From Escherichia phage PJNS034, in the sequence record PP391266.1: a DNA stretch of 64,000 bases; one strand, written 5' to 3'. Below, one piece after another: positions 54,361 to 62,737 of this stretch. The translations under genes were made by a program, and so were the position numbers. The notes beneath the pieces were generated by a model. The model saw nothing but the letters and a program-made list of their open reading frames with translations. It had not been told where the DNA came from and ran no database searches. Numbering within the stretch: the first letter of the stretch is position 1; every line of letters begins with the position of its first letter.

Positions 54361-55170
54361 ATGACGATTCGCCTGATTACTCTTGGTGCTGACCCTGAAA
54401 CTATTGTTGCTCGCAACGGTGTTCCAACTCACGCTATTGGTCTTATCGGCGGTACTAAGGAAGAACCACGTAAGATTATCCGTGGTGGTCGTGAAGTTGG
54501 TGCGGTGCAGGAAGATAATGTCCTGTATGAGTTCAACATCATGCCACACGATACTCGTCAGGGATTCATTGACAACATTCAGCAGATGTTGGAAGTGGGT
54601 CGTGAGATTCTGGGTGATGGTTACGAAATCACTAATAAGACTTCTCACATCTTCTCTGATGAAGACATGGCTCATTTCCCTGACTCAGCGTTTATCTTCG
54701 GTTGTGAACCGGATTTCTTCGCTGGTAATGGTGAGATGAATCCGAAGCCTGCTGCACCGTGGCCGGGTCTGCGTACCGCAGGTGGTCATGTTCACTTCGG
54801 GTTCGATGAGCGTGTAGTTCGTGATGATGAGAATGTTCGTTCTCTGATTCAACTGTGCGATATGTATATGGCGTTGCCGTCAATGCTTCTGGACACTGAC
54901 GACCTGCGTAAAGAACTGTATGGTAAGGCCGGTGCATTCCGTCCGAAAGCATATGGTGCTGAATATCGTACACTGTCAGGTTTCTGGATTCATAATCCTG
55001 AAAATACTGGCTTCGTGTTTGACCAAGCGCAGAAAGCGTATGATGCGTTGGCAACTGGTCTGGGTCGTGAGATGTTGGCACGTTTCCCATACGAACTGGT
55101 TGTCGATATCATCAACAGCAATGACCGTGGACGTGCTGAACGTGCCCTGAAAGTTATGCAGGTTGCATAA
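54361..55170 (+). CDS. amidoligase-like (GCS2/carboxylate-amine ligase-like) protein, divergent paralog
   Basis: 269 aa; GGHVHFGFD (H-x-H) and GAEYRTLSGFW (E-x-R) as in GCS2-type ligases; N-terminal E-x-E replaced by D-P-E. Confidence 0.4.
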   Translation: MTIRLITLGADPETIVARNGVPTHAIGLIGGTKEEPRKIIRGGREVGAVQEDNVLYEFNIMPHDTRQGFIDNIQQMLEVGREILGDGYEITNKTSHIFSDEDMAHFPDSAFIFGCEPDFFAGNGEMNPKPAAPWPGLRTAGGHVHFGFDERVVRDDENVRSLIQLCDMYMALPSMLLDTDDLRKELYGKAGAFRPKAYGAEYRTLSGFWIHNPENTGFVFDQAQKAYDALATGLGREMLARFPYELVVDIINSNDRGRAERALKVMQVA

Positions 55171-55352
55171 TGGAAGAAGGTCTGCTGATTAGCTGGGTTG
55201 AATCTCCAGCGAACCGTAAGACCAAGACTCATACCCTCTTCTTCGAAAGCCTGGACGAGGGTTATGAGTTCATGGCCTCTAAAAGTTGTGTAATTCAAGT
55301 ACAACGCATTCCACTGGTGAGAAAGAATGGCGAAACTGGTAACGGTAAATAA
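55170..55352 (+). CDS. hypothetical small protein
   Basis: 60 aa, ATG overlapping upstream stop. Confidence 0.3.
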   Translation: MEEGLLISWVESPANRKTKTHTLFFESLDEGYEFMASKSCVIQVQRIPLVRKNGETGNGK

Positions 55353-55518
55353 CGCAGATAAAACTGTAACTCGTCGTGTCTTTATGGACAACGAAGAGGG
55401 TATCATGTGGGCAGTTGACCAAGCCCGCACAGCACTGTCAGTCGTGACTGATGATGTGGAAGTGGTCGAGGCTTCCAGCCGTAAAGGTTGGGAAGGTCAT
55501 ATCGCATGTGATTGCTAA
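55327..55518 (+). CDS. hypothetical small protein
   Basis: 63 aa ORF. Confidence 0.3.
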   Translation: MAKLVTVNNADKTVTRRVFMDNEEGIMWAVDQARTALSVVTDDVEVVEASSRKGWEGHIACDC

Positions 55519-55542
55519 TTTAAACTGAACGAGAGAACTAAA

Positions 55543-56151
55543 ATGTCAATCAATATGTCAAGTGGTGATTTACGTCTGTATTGGGGTGGGTGTTATGCAC
55601 CTGTTGCATGGGATGCAGCAGATAGTGGCGTAGCAACACTGGTAATTCACGACGTTCGTGTGATAAATCCAATGTCACGTGACTACACCGAAGCACGAGT
55701 TCAAGGTGAACTATTCTTCATTCGTAATGGAGAAGAGGCTCGTGGTAATTTTGAAGGTCGTATGTCTGACCTCCTCGGTGATGGGTTCACCACTCCTCAA
55801 CGCAATATCGGTTATATCCGTGTTCACGGTCAACCGTATTGGATTACCTTCAAACGTCGTCGTACAAATCGTAAAGGCATCACCAATGACCGTCTGGCTG
55901 TGTATGTAGCTGGGCATCGTGGTGAAGCAGGTTTGAACTTCGGTAGTGATGTGTTGTGTCGTCTGTATGCAACCTTTGATGGTCGTATCTCTGATGATTT
56001 CTGTATTCATCAGAACATGATTCATTATAAAGGTGTGGTTGTCGGACGTTATGAGCGTCACAATCGTATTGTATTAGCTGAACGTTTTGCGTATCTTAGC
56101 TGGTCGCTGGAACGTATCGGTGGTTACGACGTAACGGTGGAGGTTGAGTAA
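55543..56151 (+). CDS. hypothetical protein
   Basis: 202 aa; RBS GAGAGAA. Confidence 0.4.
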   Translation: MSINMSSGDLRLYWGGCYAPVAWDAADSGVATLVIHDVRVINPMSRDYTEARVQGELFFIRNGEEARGNFEGRMSDLLGDGFTTPQRNIGYIRVHGQPYWITFKRRRTNRKGITNDRLAVYVAGHRGEAGLNFGSDVLCRLYATFDGRISDDFCIHQNMIHYKGVVVGRYERHNRIVLAERFAYLSWSLERIGGYDVTVEVE

Positions 56152-56975
56152 TGATTATTGCTGACATTTTAGGGCATGGTCGTGGGTCGGATGTTGTTGA
56201 TACGCATCCGTTGATTGTTGGTCGAGGCCGTGTAGGACTCGAATTAGAACTGGAGAATATGCCAAATGCTCGACAAGCTGCTGGTTGGACAGTTACTGGT
56301 GACGGTTCTCTGCGTAATAGCGGCGTGGAATATGTACTCCGTGGTGCTCAGGGAGGTATGGAGTTATTTAATTCGATACTTTCTCTGGAAGAAGCACTCA
56401 TGGCACATCAATGTGATGCTAACCTTCGCTGCTCTACTCACGTTCACCTTGATATACGTCGGCTCACTGTGGCTCAACTCAAGCGTTTACTTCTGGCTTA
56501 TACAGTCTTTGAGCCATTAATCTTTGAGTTGTCCGGTGCGCATCGTCGTACTAACAACTTCTGTCCGTCGTTTAGTTTCGCTCAGCAACAAATTCGTAAG
56601 CTGAGTAACAACTGGCATCATGATGGTGAACGATTCCTTGCTCGTATTGTGGAAGGTCGTGACCGCCAATCCAGTGATAAGTATTCAGCACTGAATCTGG
56701 TTCCAATCTTCACTCAGGGTTCTGTAGAGTTCCGTGGTGCAGAAGCGAAGCCAAGTGCAGGTAAGATGATTCGTCTGGCTAACCGTATTCTAAGTCTGTA
56801 TGACTTAGCGGTTAACTCTGATATGAATCAGTCTGATGCTGAGTTCATTAACTCACTGGCGAACCTTGATGTTCAACAGGCATTGATGGGTACGATTCCT
56901 CGTGACTTCGAACTCAGCGAAGAACTGGTGAATGAAGGACGTGTCTTAGCGTTCGATATTATCTCTCTGGGGTGA
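56151..56975 (+). CDS. amidoligase (GCS2-like carboxylate-amine ligase)
   Basis: 274 aa; VGLELELE (E-x-E), CSTHVHLD (H-x-H), GSVEFRGAE (E-x-R): the three signature blocks of gamma-glutamyl-cysteine-synthetase-2-like amidoligases. Confidence 0.55.
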   Translation: MIIADILGHGRGSDVVDTHPLIVGRGRVGLELELENMPNARQAAGWTVTGDGSLRNSGVEYVLRGAQGGMELFNSILSLEEALMAHQCDANLRCSTHVHLDIRRLTVAQLKRLLLAYTVFEPLIFELSGAHRRTNNFCPSFSFAQQQIRKLSNNWHHDGERFLARIVEGRDRQSSDKYSALNLVPIFTQGSVEFRGAEAKPSAGKMIRLANRILSLYDLAVNSDMNQSDAEFINSLANLDVQQALMGTIPRDFELSEELVNEGRVLAFDIISLG

Positions 56976-56976
56976 C

Positions 56977-57192
56977 ATGAGCTGGAACGAACGAGAGTAT
57001 CGTAAACCAAAGTTGGGCACTGTATGTGTCCACTTCGAACCTTCGTATAAGTCAACCTTTGGAAGTACGAAGAAGTTCCCTAACGCATCGTTCTACTTGA
57101 GTACGAACGGTGTAATCATCATCCGTGATATGGATGGTGACAACATCTGTGCATACCCTGAAGGTGTGTGGCTGAATGTTGAAATGAAGTGA
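56977..57192 (+). CDS. hypothetical small protein
   Basis: 71 aa ORF. Confidence 0.3.
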   Translation: MSWNEREYRKPKLGTVCVHFEPSYKSTFGSTKKFPNASFYLSTNGVIIIRDMDGDNICAYPEGVWLNVEMK

Positions 57193-57202
57193 TTAACTCA
57201 AG

Positions 57203-57224
57203 CCCTTCTTCGGGAGGGTTTTAT
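57203..57224 (+). terminator. terminator/attenuator hairpin in conserved cassette (UUCG loop)
   Basis: stop-TTAACTCAAG, CCCTTC-TTCG-GGAGGG, TTTTATGG. Confidence 0.5.
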
Positions 57225-57278
57225 GGTAATCATTACCACAAACTATTGAAACTAACTATTGAACTTGAGGAAAGTATT

Positions 57279-58871
57279 ATGTGCGGAATCGTTGGAATTA
57301 TGCGTGGCGTTATGACTGAAGGTATGGTGGACATGTTTGAACAACTGCTGTATGCAGATGTGTTCCGTGGCCCGCACTCCACTGGCGTCTATCGTGTTAA
57401 TAAAGATGGTCAATCAGGGTTGTATAAGGATGCAGTACCTGCGTCTTTATATCTTGGCTCGAAAGGCTGGGATGATTTACGTGGGAATCTGAATGGAACT
57501 GCTGGTCATCAGGCACTGTCTCAAGTTTATGTTGGTCATAACCGTTGGGCAACTGTAGGTGCAGTTAACGCTGTGAACTCACATCCATTCAAGTGCGGTA
57601 ACATCACGATGGTACACAATGGTACTGTTGCGAAGTGGCGTTTGAATGACCACCTGAAGTATGACGTTGATAGTCATGCGGTGTGTGCGATGTTGGATTC
57701 ACATGGTCTGGCTGAAACTCTGAAAGTTCTGGATGGTAAGTTTACTCTGGTGTGGCATGACGCATCTGATAACACCATGAACTTTATCCGTAATGCAGAA
57801 CGTCCTCTGCACATGGTTGAGTTCACTGATGGTGGTTGGGCGTTTGCATCAGAAGGTGAGATGTTAACGTGGATTAATGGTCGTCGTAAGACCCCGTTTG
57901 GTATTAAACGTGCTTTCGAACTGCCAGTTGGCTTCCATCATAAATTCCAGTTATCCGCGAGCAAAGTAGAGCTTGCGGAGGTCGTTAAGTACGAACTCCC
58001 AAAGTTCACCAGCTACGCCAGCAACAGCACGTATTATCCAAACCGAAGCTCAGTCGCAAGCAGCAGCGCAAGCTCAACAAACTCAGAAAGCGCAACCGCT
58101 AGACGTGTGCGTCTGATGAAAGAGTGGGGCATTGACGTTGGAGACCGCAAAGATGTAGAGAACATGATTGTGTCTCTGGATAACATCGCGTTCACAGCGT
58201 ACTCAACCAATGCAGCATCAGGTCGTATTGATGCAGACGCATGGGGTTACGATGAAGCTGTTGATGCCTGTGATGCTGGTCATATGGAAATTGACTGTAA
58301 GCGTGGTGGTAAAACTGAAGATGTTCAGGTAACAGTTTACGGTGTTGATACTGTTAAGTGGAAAGACAACTACTCTCAGGGCGACCGTCTGTACGGTAAG
58401 ATTGACAGTGTGTTTGAATCCACTGAGCATGGCAAGACTCGTCTTCGTATCACTTTGAAACCACTGACTCTGTGTACTGAGTTGGCTGATGGCGTTGAAG
58501 CCTTTAATGAGAAAGTGTTCCCGCTCCTCATTAAGAAAGAGGCCGAAAAGGTTGATGCCGACAAAAGTAAATCAGATGTTGCAGGAAGCACTGGAAGCGC
58601 AGGAACTGCAACTGGTCAGGGAACTCAGTTATCGGTTGTAGTGGATAACACTGCAAAAAAGCCGGAAGGTACGGACTCATCAAGCGGCTCGCCGAACTTG
58701 TTCAACATGTCCGCAATTCCAATGAGTCTTAAAGACTTGCGTGAAGACAAGCTGAGTTGTGCTTGGTGCGGAAATGCAATCCACGAACATAACTACGAAA
58801 TGTCTGATATGTTCTTTAAATCTCACATCTGCCCAGATTGTGCCAAGGAGTTACCGGGTTATGGCGACTGA
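57279..58871 (+). CDS. class-II glutamine amidotransferase (Ntn hydrolase) domain protein with C-terminal extension and Zn-ribbon
   Basis: N-terminal Met-Cys-Gly-Ile-Val-Gly (catalytic Cys after Met removal), Ser-rich linker, C-terminal CAWCG...CPDC. Confidence 0.55.
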   Translation: MCGIVGIMRGVMTEGMVDMFEQLLYADVFRGPHSTGVYRVNKDGQSGLYKDAVPASLYLGSKGWDDLRGNLNGTAGHQALSQVYVGHNRWATVGAVNAVNSHPFKCGNITMVHNGTVAKWRLNDHLKYDVDSHAVCAMLDSHGLAETLKVLDGKFTLVWHDASDNTMNFIRNAERPLHMVEFTDGGWAFASEGEMLTWINGRRKTPFGIKRAFELPVGFHHKFQLSASKVELAEVVKYELPKFTSYASNSTYYPNRSSVASSSASSTNSESATARRVRLMKEWGIDVGDRKDVENMIVSLDNIAFTAYSTNAASGRIDADAWGYDEAVDACDAGHMEIDCKRGGKTEDVQVTVYGVDTVKWKDNYSQGDRLYGKIDSVFESTEHGKTRLRITLKPLTLCTELADGVEAFNEKVFPLLIKKEAEKVDADKSKSDVAGSTGSAGTATGQGTQLSVVVDNTAKKPEGTDSSSGSPNLFNMSAIPMSLKDLREDKLSCAWCGNAIHEHNYEMSDMFFKSHICPDCAKELPGYGD

Positions 58872-59154
58872 TAAAATTGTAATTCGTATGCCGAAAGACG
58901 ACATTGAATGTGAGCGGAAATATCCGTTCACTTACTTCATGAATGCAGCGCTGCGTGGTATGCAGCGTCGCTACTCTGAACAAGCGTCGGCAAAGTTTGG
59001 TAGTGAAGTTGAGATTCTATTCCCAACTGCATTATCAAAAATGATTCATGACCACATGGTCACTCTGTATCAACAGGAAGGATTCGAACTCGCTGAAGAA
59101 GATTTCGAAGACTCCGAACAATACCGCAAATATCTGAAACTAATTAAGGGCTAA
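58861..59154 (+). CDS. hypothetical protein
   Basis: 97 aa from ATG overlapping upstream stop. Confidence 0.35.
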   Translation: MATDKIVIRMPKDDIECERKYPFTYFMNAALRGMQRRYSEQASAKFGSEVEILFPTALSKMIHDHMVTLYQQEGFELAEEDFEDSEQYRKYLKLIKG

Positions 59155-59159
59155 AACAA

Positions 59160-60653
59160 ATGCTGCGTATCTTCAACTACAACAACGGTTCTCAAGGTCT
59201 GGGTGCTCTGCGTGAACATGTAGAGCCATTGATTCGTGAGATGAATACTCATCGTGGTTTCCGTAACATTCGTCCGGTTATGGGTAGCGAGAATGGTTCT
59301 GCTCGTCTGTTTCAGGCGACTAACCGCTTCATTATGAACTGGGGTTCTTCGCAACCCCTGAACACTGATGAAAGCAACTTCGTTCTCAACAAACCGGAAG
59401 CTGTTGGTTTAGCAACTCATAAACTCCGCTTCTTCCAACATGTTCACCAGTGGAACCAAGAGAAGATTGCTCAGGGTGTGAATGGCCTGACTGTTCCGAT
59501 TCCTGAGTGGACAACTTCTCGTGATGAAGCTCAGACTTGGGCAGGGCATGACCATCTGGTTTATGCCCGTCAACGTCTGCAAGGTCATAGCGGTGAAGGT
59601 ATCGAAGTATACGGTATCAATCAGGTTGTTGAACGTGCTCCACTGTACACCAAAGGCATCATCGGTGCTCGTCGTGAGTATCGTGTTCATGTCATTGCTG
59701 GTCAGGTGGCACTGGTTCAGTTGAAGAAACGCCGCAATGGTGGTGAGGCTGTGGGCAATGGTAATGACCATGTTCGTAACCTCGGCTCTGGTTGGGTGTA
59801 TGCAGTAAGTGATGCTCGTCCATCACCAGTCGTATTGAGTGCAGCACAGAATGCAGTTCGTGCTCTGGGTCTGGACTTTGGTGCGGTAGACATTATCGCT
59901 AAAGGTCGTAAAGGTCAGGAGCGTGAGTGCTGGGTGTTGGAAGTTAACACTGCACCGGGTCAGCGTGGTGATACTACTGTGACGCTGTATGCTCGTGCTG
60001 TTGCATCGGCATATGCAATCTGGATGAATCGTGATAGCGTTGACGTCCGTGATTTAGGAGGTGTCAAAGCTGCATGGGAAACACTTCCTTGGCTGAACGA
60101 TGAAACCTTCCTTGCTCTGATGCGTGATGAAGGTGCAGATGGTTCGGTACTTCTGCGTTCTCAGCGTGAAACTCAGGCAGCAGAGGCAGAAATGCCTAAC
60201 ACTGACGATGATGTGGCGGCAGATGAAAACTTTGCCCTTCCTGCTGATGAACTGACACCTGCTCGTGCAACCTCTGGTGCTCATGTAGTTCACACTGGTA
60301 CTCGTTGGGTTGATGTAGAAGCAGCACCTCAAGTTCGTGCTGAGCCTGTACGTCGTCGTGACGGTGAGCCAATGCCGTTCAATGGTAATCCATTCGATGC
60401 ACGTATTCGTCGTGAACCTGCACCACGTCCTGCACCTGAACCGGTTGTAATGCCAGAACGTCGTGTCATGTTGTCTCGTCTGGGACAGAATGACCCACAG
60501 AACGAACAGTTCGTGGTATTCACATGGAACGGTCGTCGTGAAGTCGGTGTAGTCAATACTCGTCTGGGTGTTGTTTACATGGCTGGTAGCGAAGTTCAAC
60601 TTCCACTGGCTCAGGTTGATTTGATTGCGGTAGTTGATACCGAAATTCGTTAA
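59160..60653 (+). CDS. ATP-grasp family ligase (RimK-like) with C-terminal extension
   Basis: 497 aa; GEGIEVY, EYRVHVIAG, LGLDFGAVDII, WVLEVNTAPG (E-x-N) ATP-grasp blocks; about 200-aa extension. Confidence 0.5.
   Translation: MLRIFNYNNGSQGLGALREHVEPLIREMNTHRGFRNIRPVMGSENGSARLFQATNRFIMNWGSSQPLNTDESNFVLNKPEAVGLATHKLRFFQHVHQWNQEKIAQGVNGLTVPIPEWTTSRDEAQTWAGHDHLVYARQRLQGHSGEGIEVYGINQVVERAPLYTKGIIGARREYRVHVIAGQVALVQLKKRRNGGEAVGNGNDHVRNLGSGWVYAVSDARPSPVVLSAAQNAVRALGLDFGAVDIIAKGRKGQERECWVLEVNTAPGQRGDTTVTLYARAVASAYAIWMNRDSVDVRDLGGVKAAWETLPWLNDETFLALMRDEGADGSVLLRSQRETQAAEAEMPNTDDDVAADENFALPADELTPARATSGAHVVHTGTRWVDVEAAPQVRAEPVRRRDGEPMPFNGNPFDARIRREPAPRPAPEPVVMPERRVMLSRLGQNDPQNEQFVVFTWNGRREVGVVNTRLGVVYMAGSEVQLPLAQVDLIAVVDTEIR
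59973..59984 (+). repeat. 12-mer ACTACTGTGACG, copy 8
   Basis: Exact, codons 272-275 of ATP-grasp gene. Confidence 0.9.
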
Positions 60654-60682
60654 TTGCTTTAGGGTATTCTTCGGAGTACCCT

Positions 60683-60904
60683 ATGTCGATTGAACCGAAC
60701 GAGGAATATATGAAAGTATGGGTAGTTATGTTCCAAGAGTATGACCTAGCCGAAGTGCTGGAAATCTACTCGAAGGAAGAAGATGCTATAGCACATCGTC
60801 AGGCTGAAATTGATAAGAGCTTGTCATACGCTAAGAAGTGGAATGTCAAACCACACCCTGCGCTCGAACAGTTTTATACAATTCACGAAAAAGAGGTAAA
60901 GTAA
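60683..60904 (+). CDS. hypothetical small protein
   Basis: 73 aa ORF. Confidence 0.3.
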   Translation: MSIEPNEEYMKVWVVMFQEYDLAEVLEIYSKEEDAIAHRQAEIDKSLSYAKKWNVKPHPALEQFYTIHEKEVK

Positions 60905-61311
60905 TGAGCAATTTAGTCGCTGTATATGGTTCCCTTCTGTCTGGTCTGCATAACCACGGTGTTATGGAACGTGCAAAGGGTAAGTTGATTGGTGCTGGTG
61001 AATCGGTGCAGAACATCAACATGTATTCTCTGGGTGGTTTCCCTTCCATCTCTCTGGAACACTCCAGCCACGGTAATACAATTCGTGTTGAAGTATATGA
61101 AGTACCGGATGAAGGTATGCGTCCTCTGAATGCACTGGAAGGTTATCGTGGTGAAGATGGCCCGAACTTCTACAACCGCACTCCAATCAAAATTAAGATG
61201 GACAACGGTGATATGCTGGAAGCGTTCATCTATCACATCGACGAAACTCAATCCCATCCGGTTATTGATGGTGACTGGCGTAAATATCTGGAACAGCGAG
61301 GTCGTGCATAG
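60904..61311 (+). CDS. gamma-glutamyl cyclotransferase (AIG2/GGCT-like)
   Basis: 135 aa from ATG 60904; N-terminal VAVYGSLLSG (YGSL motif) and size typical of AIG2-like cyclotransferases. Confidence 0.5.
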   Translation: MSNLVAVYGSLLSGLHNHGVMERAKGKLIGAGESVQNINMYSLGGFPSISLEHSSHGNTIRVEVYEVPDEGMRPLNALEGYRGEDGPNFYNRTPIKIKMDNGDMLEAFIYHIDETQSHPVIDGDWRKYLEQRGRA

Positions 61312-61523
61312 TGGAATATGATGCAATCCTTGAAGACCCAAGACTCTCACCAATTAGTAAGAGCAAGAAGGTCGCCGTAGGTTATATCTACGAAGATAAG
61401 AAAGGCCGCTGGCCTGATGGAACTTTCATTCGTACCTCTCTGATTGAAAAGGAAATCAAAGAAGGGAATGATGTTTACATCAAAACAATGAACACTGTGT
61501 ATAAGGTGCGTGAGAATGCCTAA
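61311..61523 (+). CDS. hypothetical protein
   Basis: 70 aa ORF. Confidence 0.3.
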   Translation: MEYDAILEDPRLSPISKSKKVAVGYIYEDKKGRWPDGTFIRTSLIEKEIKEGNDVYIKTMNTVYKVRENA

Positions 61524-61935
61524 TGTTGTAATTTTCCAGAAGCGTAATGGTCTGTATGTTCAATTCAATGAACGTGGTGAGCGTATTGCAACACCGTACA
61601 TTCATCTGGCTAAACGTTACGAAGCTGGTGAGGAAACTCGTCGTGTCATTACGCAGTTGAATGCGAATGGTCATGAGTTCTCCGCTGTAGTGGTAACTAA
61701 TCCGCCGTATTACAGTGAACGTGGTGGCTGGCACCTGACGTCAGTGAAGGAAGCTAAGAAATTAGCTGAAGCTCTGGGAATTAAGAATGTATCCCGTTTC
61801 ATTAACCAAATCCCACACATGCGAGCATTAGCCGATGCTGGGAAGATTGAGGAGTTAAACGAGTATGTCTTATCCATCAAATCTAGTCGGGTCGCAATCG
61901 GTTATCCTAACTCGTATACCTACTACAACGGTTGA
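61516..61935 (+). CDS. hypothetical protein
   Basis: 139 aa from ATG 61516. Confidence 0.4.
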   Translation: MPNVVIFQKRNGLYVQFNERGERIATPYIHLAKRYEAGEETRRVITQLNANGHEFSAVVVTNPPYYSERGGWHLTSVKEAKKLAEALGIKNVSRFINQIPHMRALADAGKIEELNEYVLSIKSSRVAIGYPNSYTYYNG

Positions 61936-62111
61936 GTTTCTCAGAGACTTAGCTGATGTATGTAACAAACATGGGATGGGCATTCACCCGTCCCACGAAC
62001 CACTTGAAGTGTACAAATTTGACCGGATGGATTTTCACTTTGACTTCCGGTTCTCTAACTCCAGTGAATTGGTAGATAAATTTCTACCGTCCCTTTTCCC
62101 AATCCAAGGTA

Positions 62112-62570
62112 ATGATAATGAATCTGTCTAAAATCGAAAACAAAGCTGACTTCCTGCGTCGTGTCTCTGCTGGTAAGTTCATTGTTCGTAAGCGTGGTGT
62201 GAGTGTTCTGGGCTTCTATAAGGTTCGCTCTGTCACTGAGCGTCATATCATCACTGATACCCGTACCTTTACCTATCAGGAGCTGTTCAACTTCGCTAAG
62301 GTGTTCCTGCTGACTGGCGAGATTGCACCGAAGGAAGAGACAGCACCTCAATTCAAGAAAGATGCGAAGTTCATCCTGTGGGCACCGAAGTCAAACAAGC
62401 CACCTCGTGTAGTGCTGGAAGATGGTATCGACGCTGCCCTGCATGTAGCGAATGATATGGCTCGTCGTCACGGTGGCAAGTTCTACGTTGCCCATCTGGT
62501 CGCTGAGGCTGAGAAGAAAGTAACTCGTCGTGTTATCGAAGATGTTACTCAAACCTCTCGTATGCTGTAA
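62112..62570 (+). CDS. hypothetical protein
   Basis: 152 aa ORF. Confidence 0.4.
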   Translation: MIMNLSKIENKADFLRRVSAGKFIVRKRGVSVLGFYKVRSVTERHIITDTRTFTYQELFNFAKVFLLTGEIAPKEETAPQFKKDAKFILWAPKSNKPPRVVLEDGIDAALHVANDMARRHGGKFYVAHLVAEAEKKVTRRVIEDVTQTSRML

Positions 62571-62737
62571 GGAGCCATCATGCTACCATTATCTTGCCTC
62601 CTAATTGGAGGCTTGATTGGCTTCTTTATCAGCGGTATGATTGTCTCCTCTGTCTACAAGCGTCAGATTCGTGATGGCTATGTGGAAATCAAAGGTGTGG
62701 TCTACCGTACCTATAAAGCAAGCAAGTGAGGTAAACA

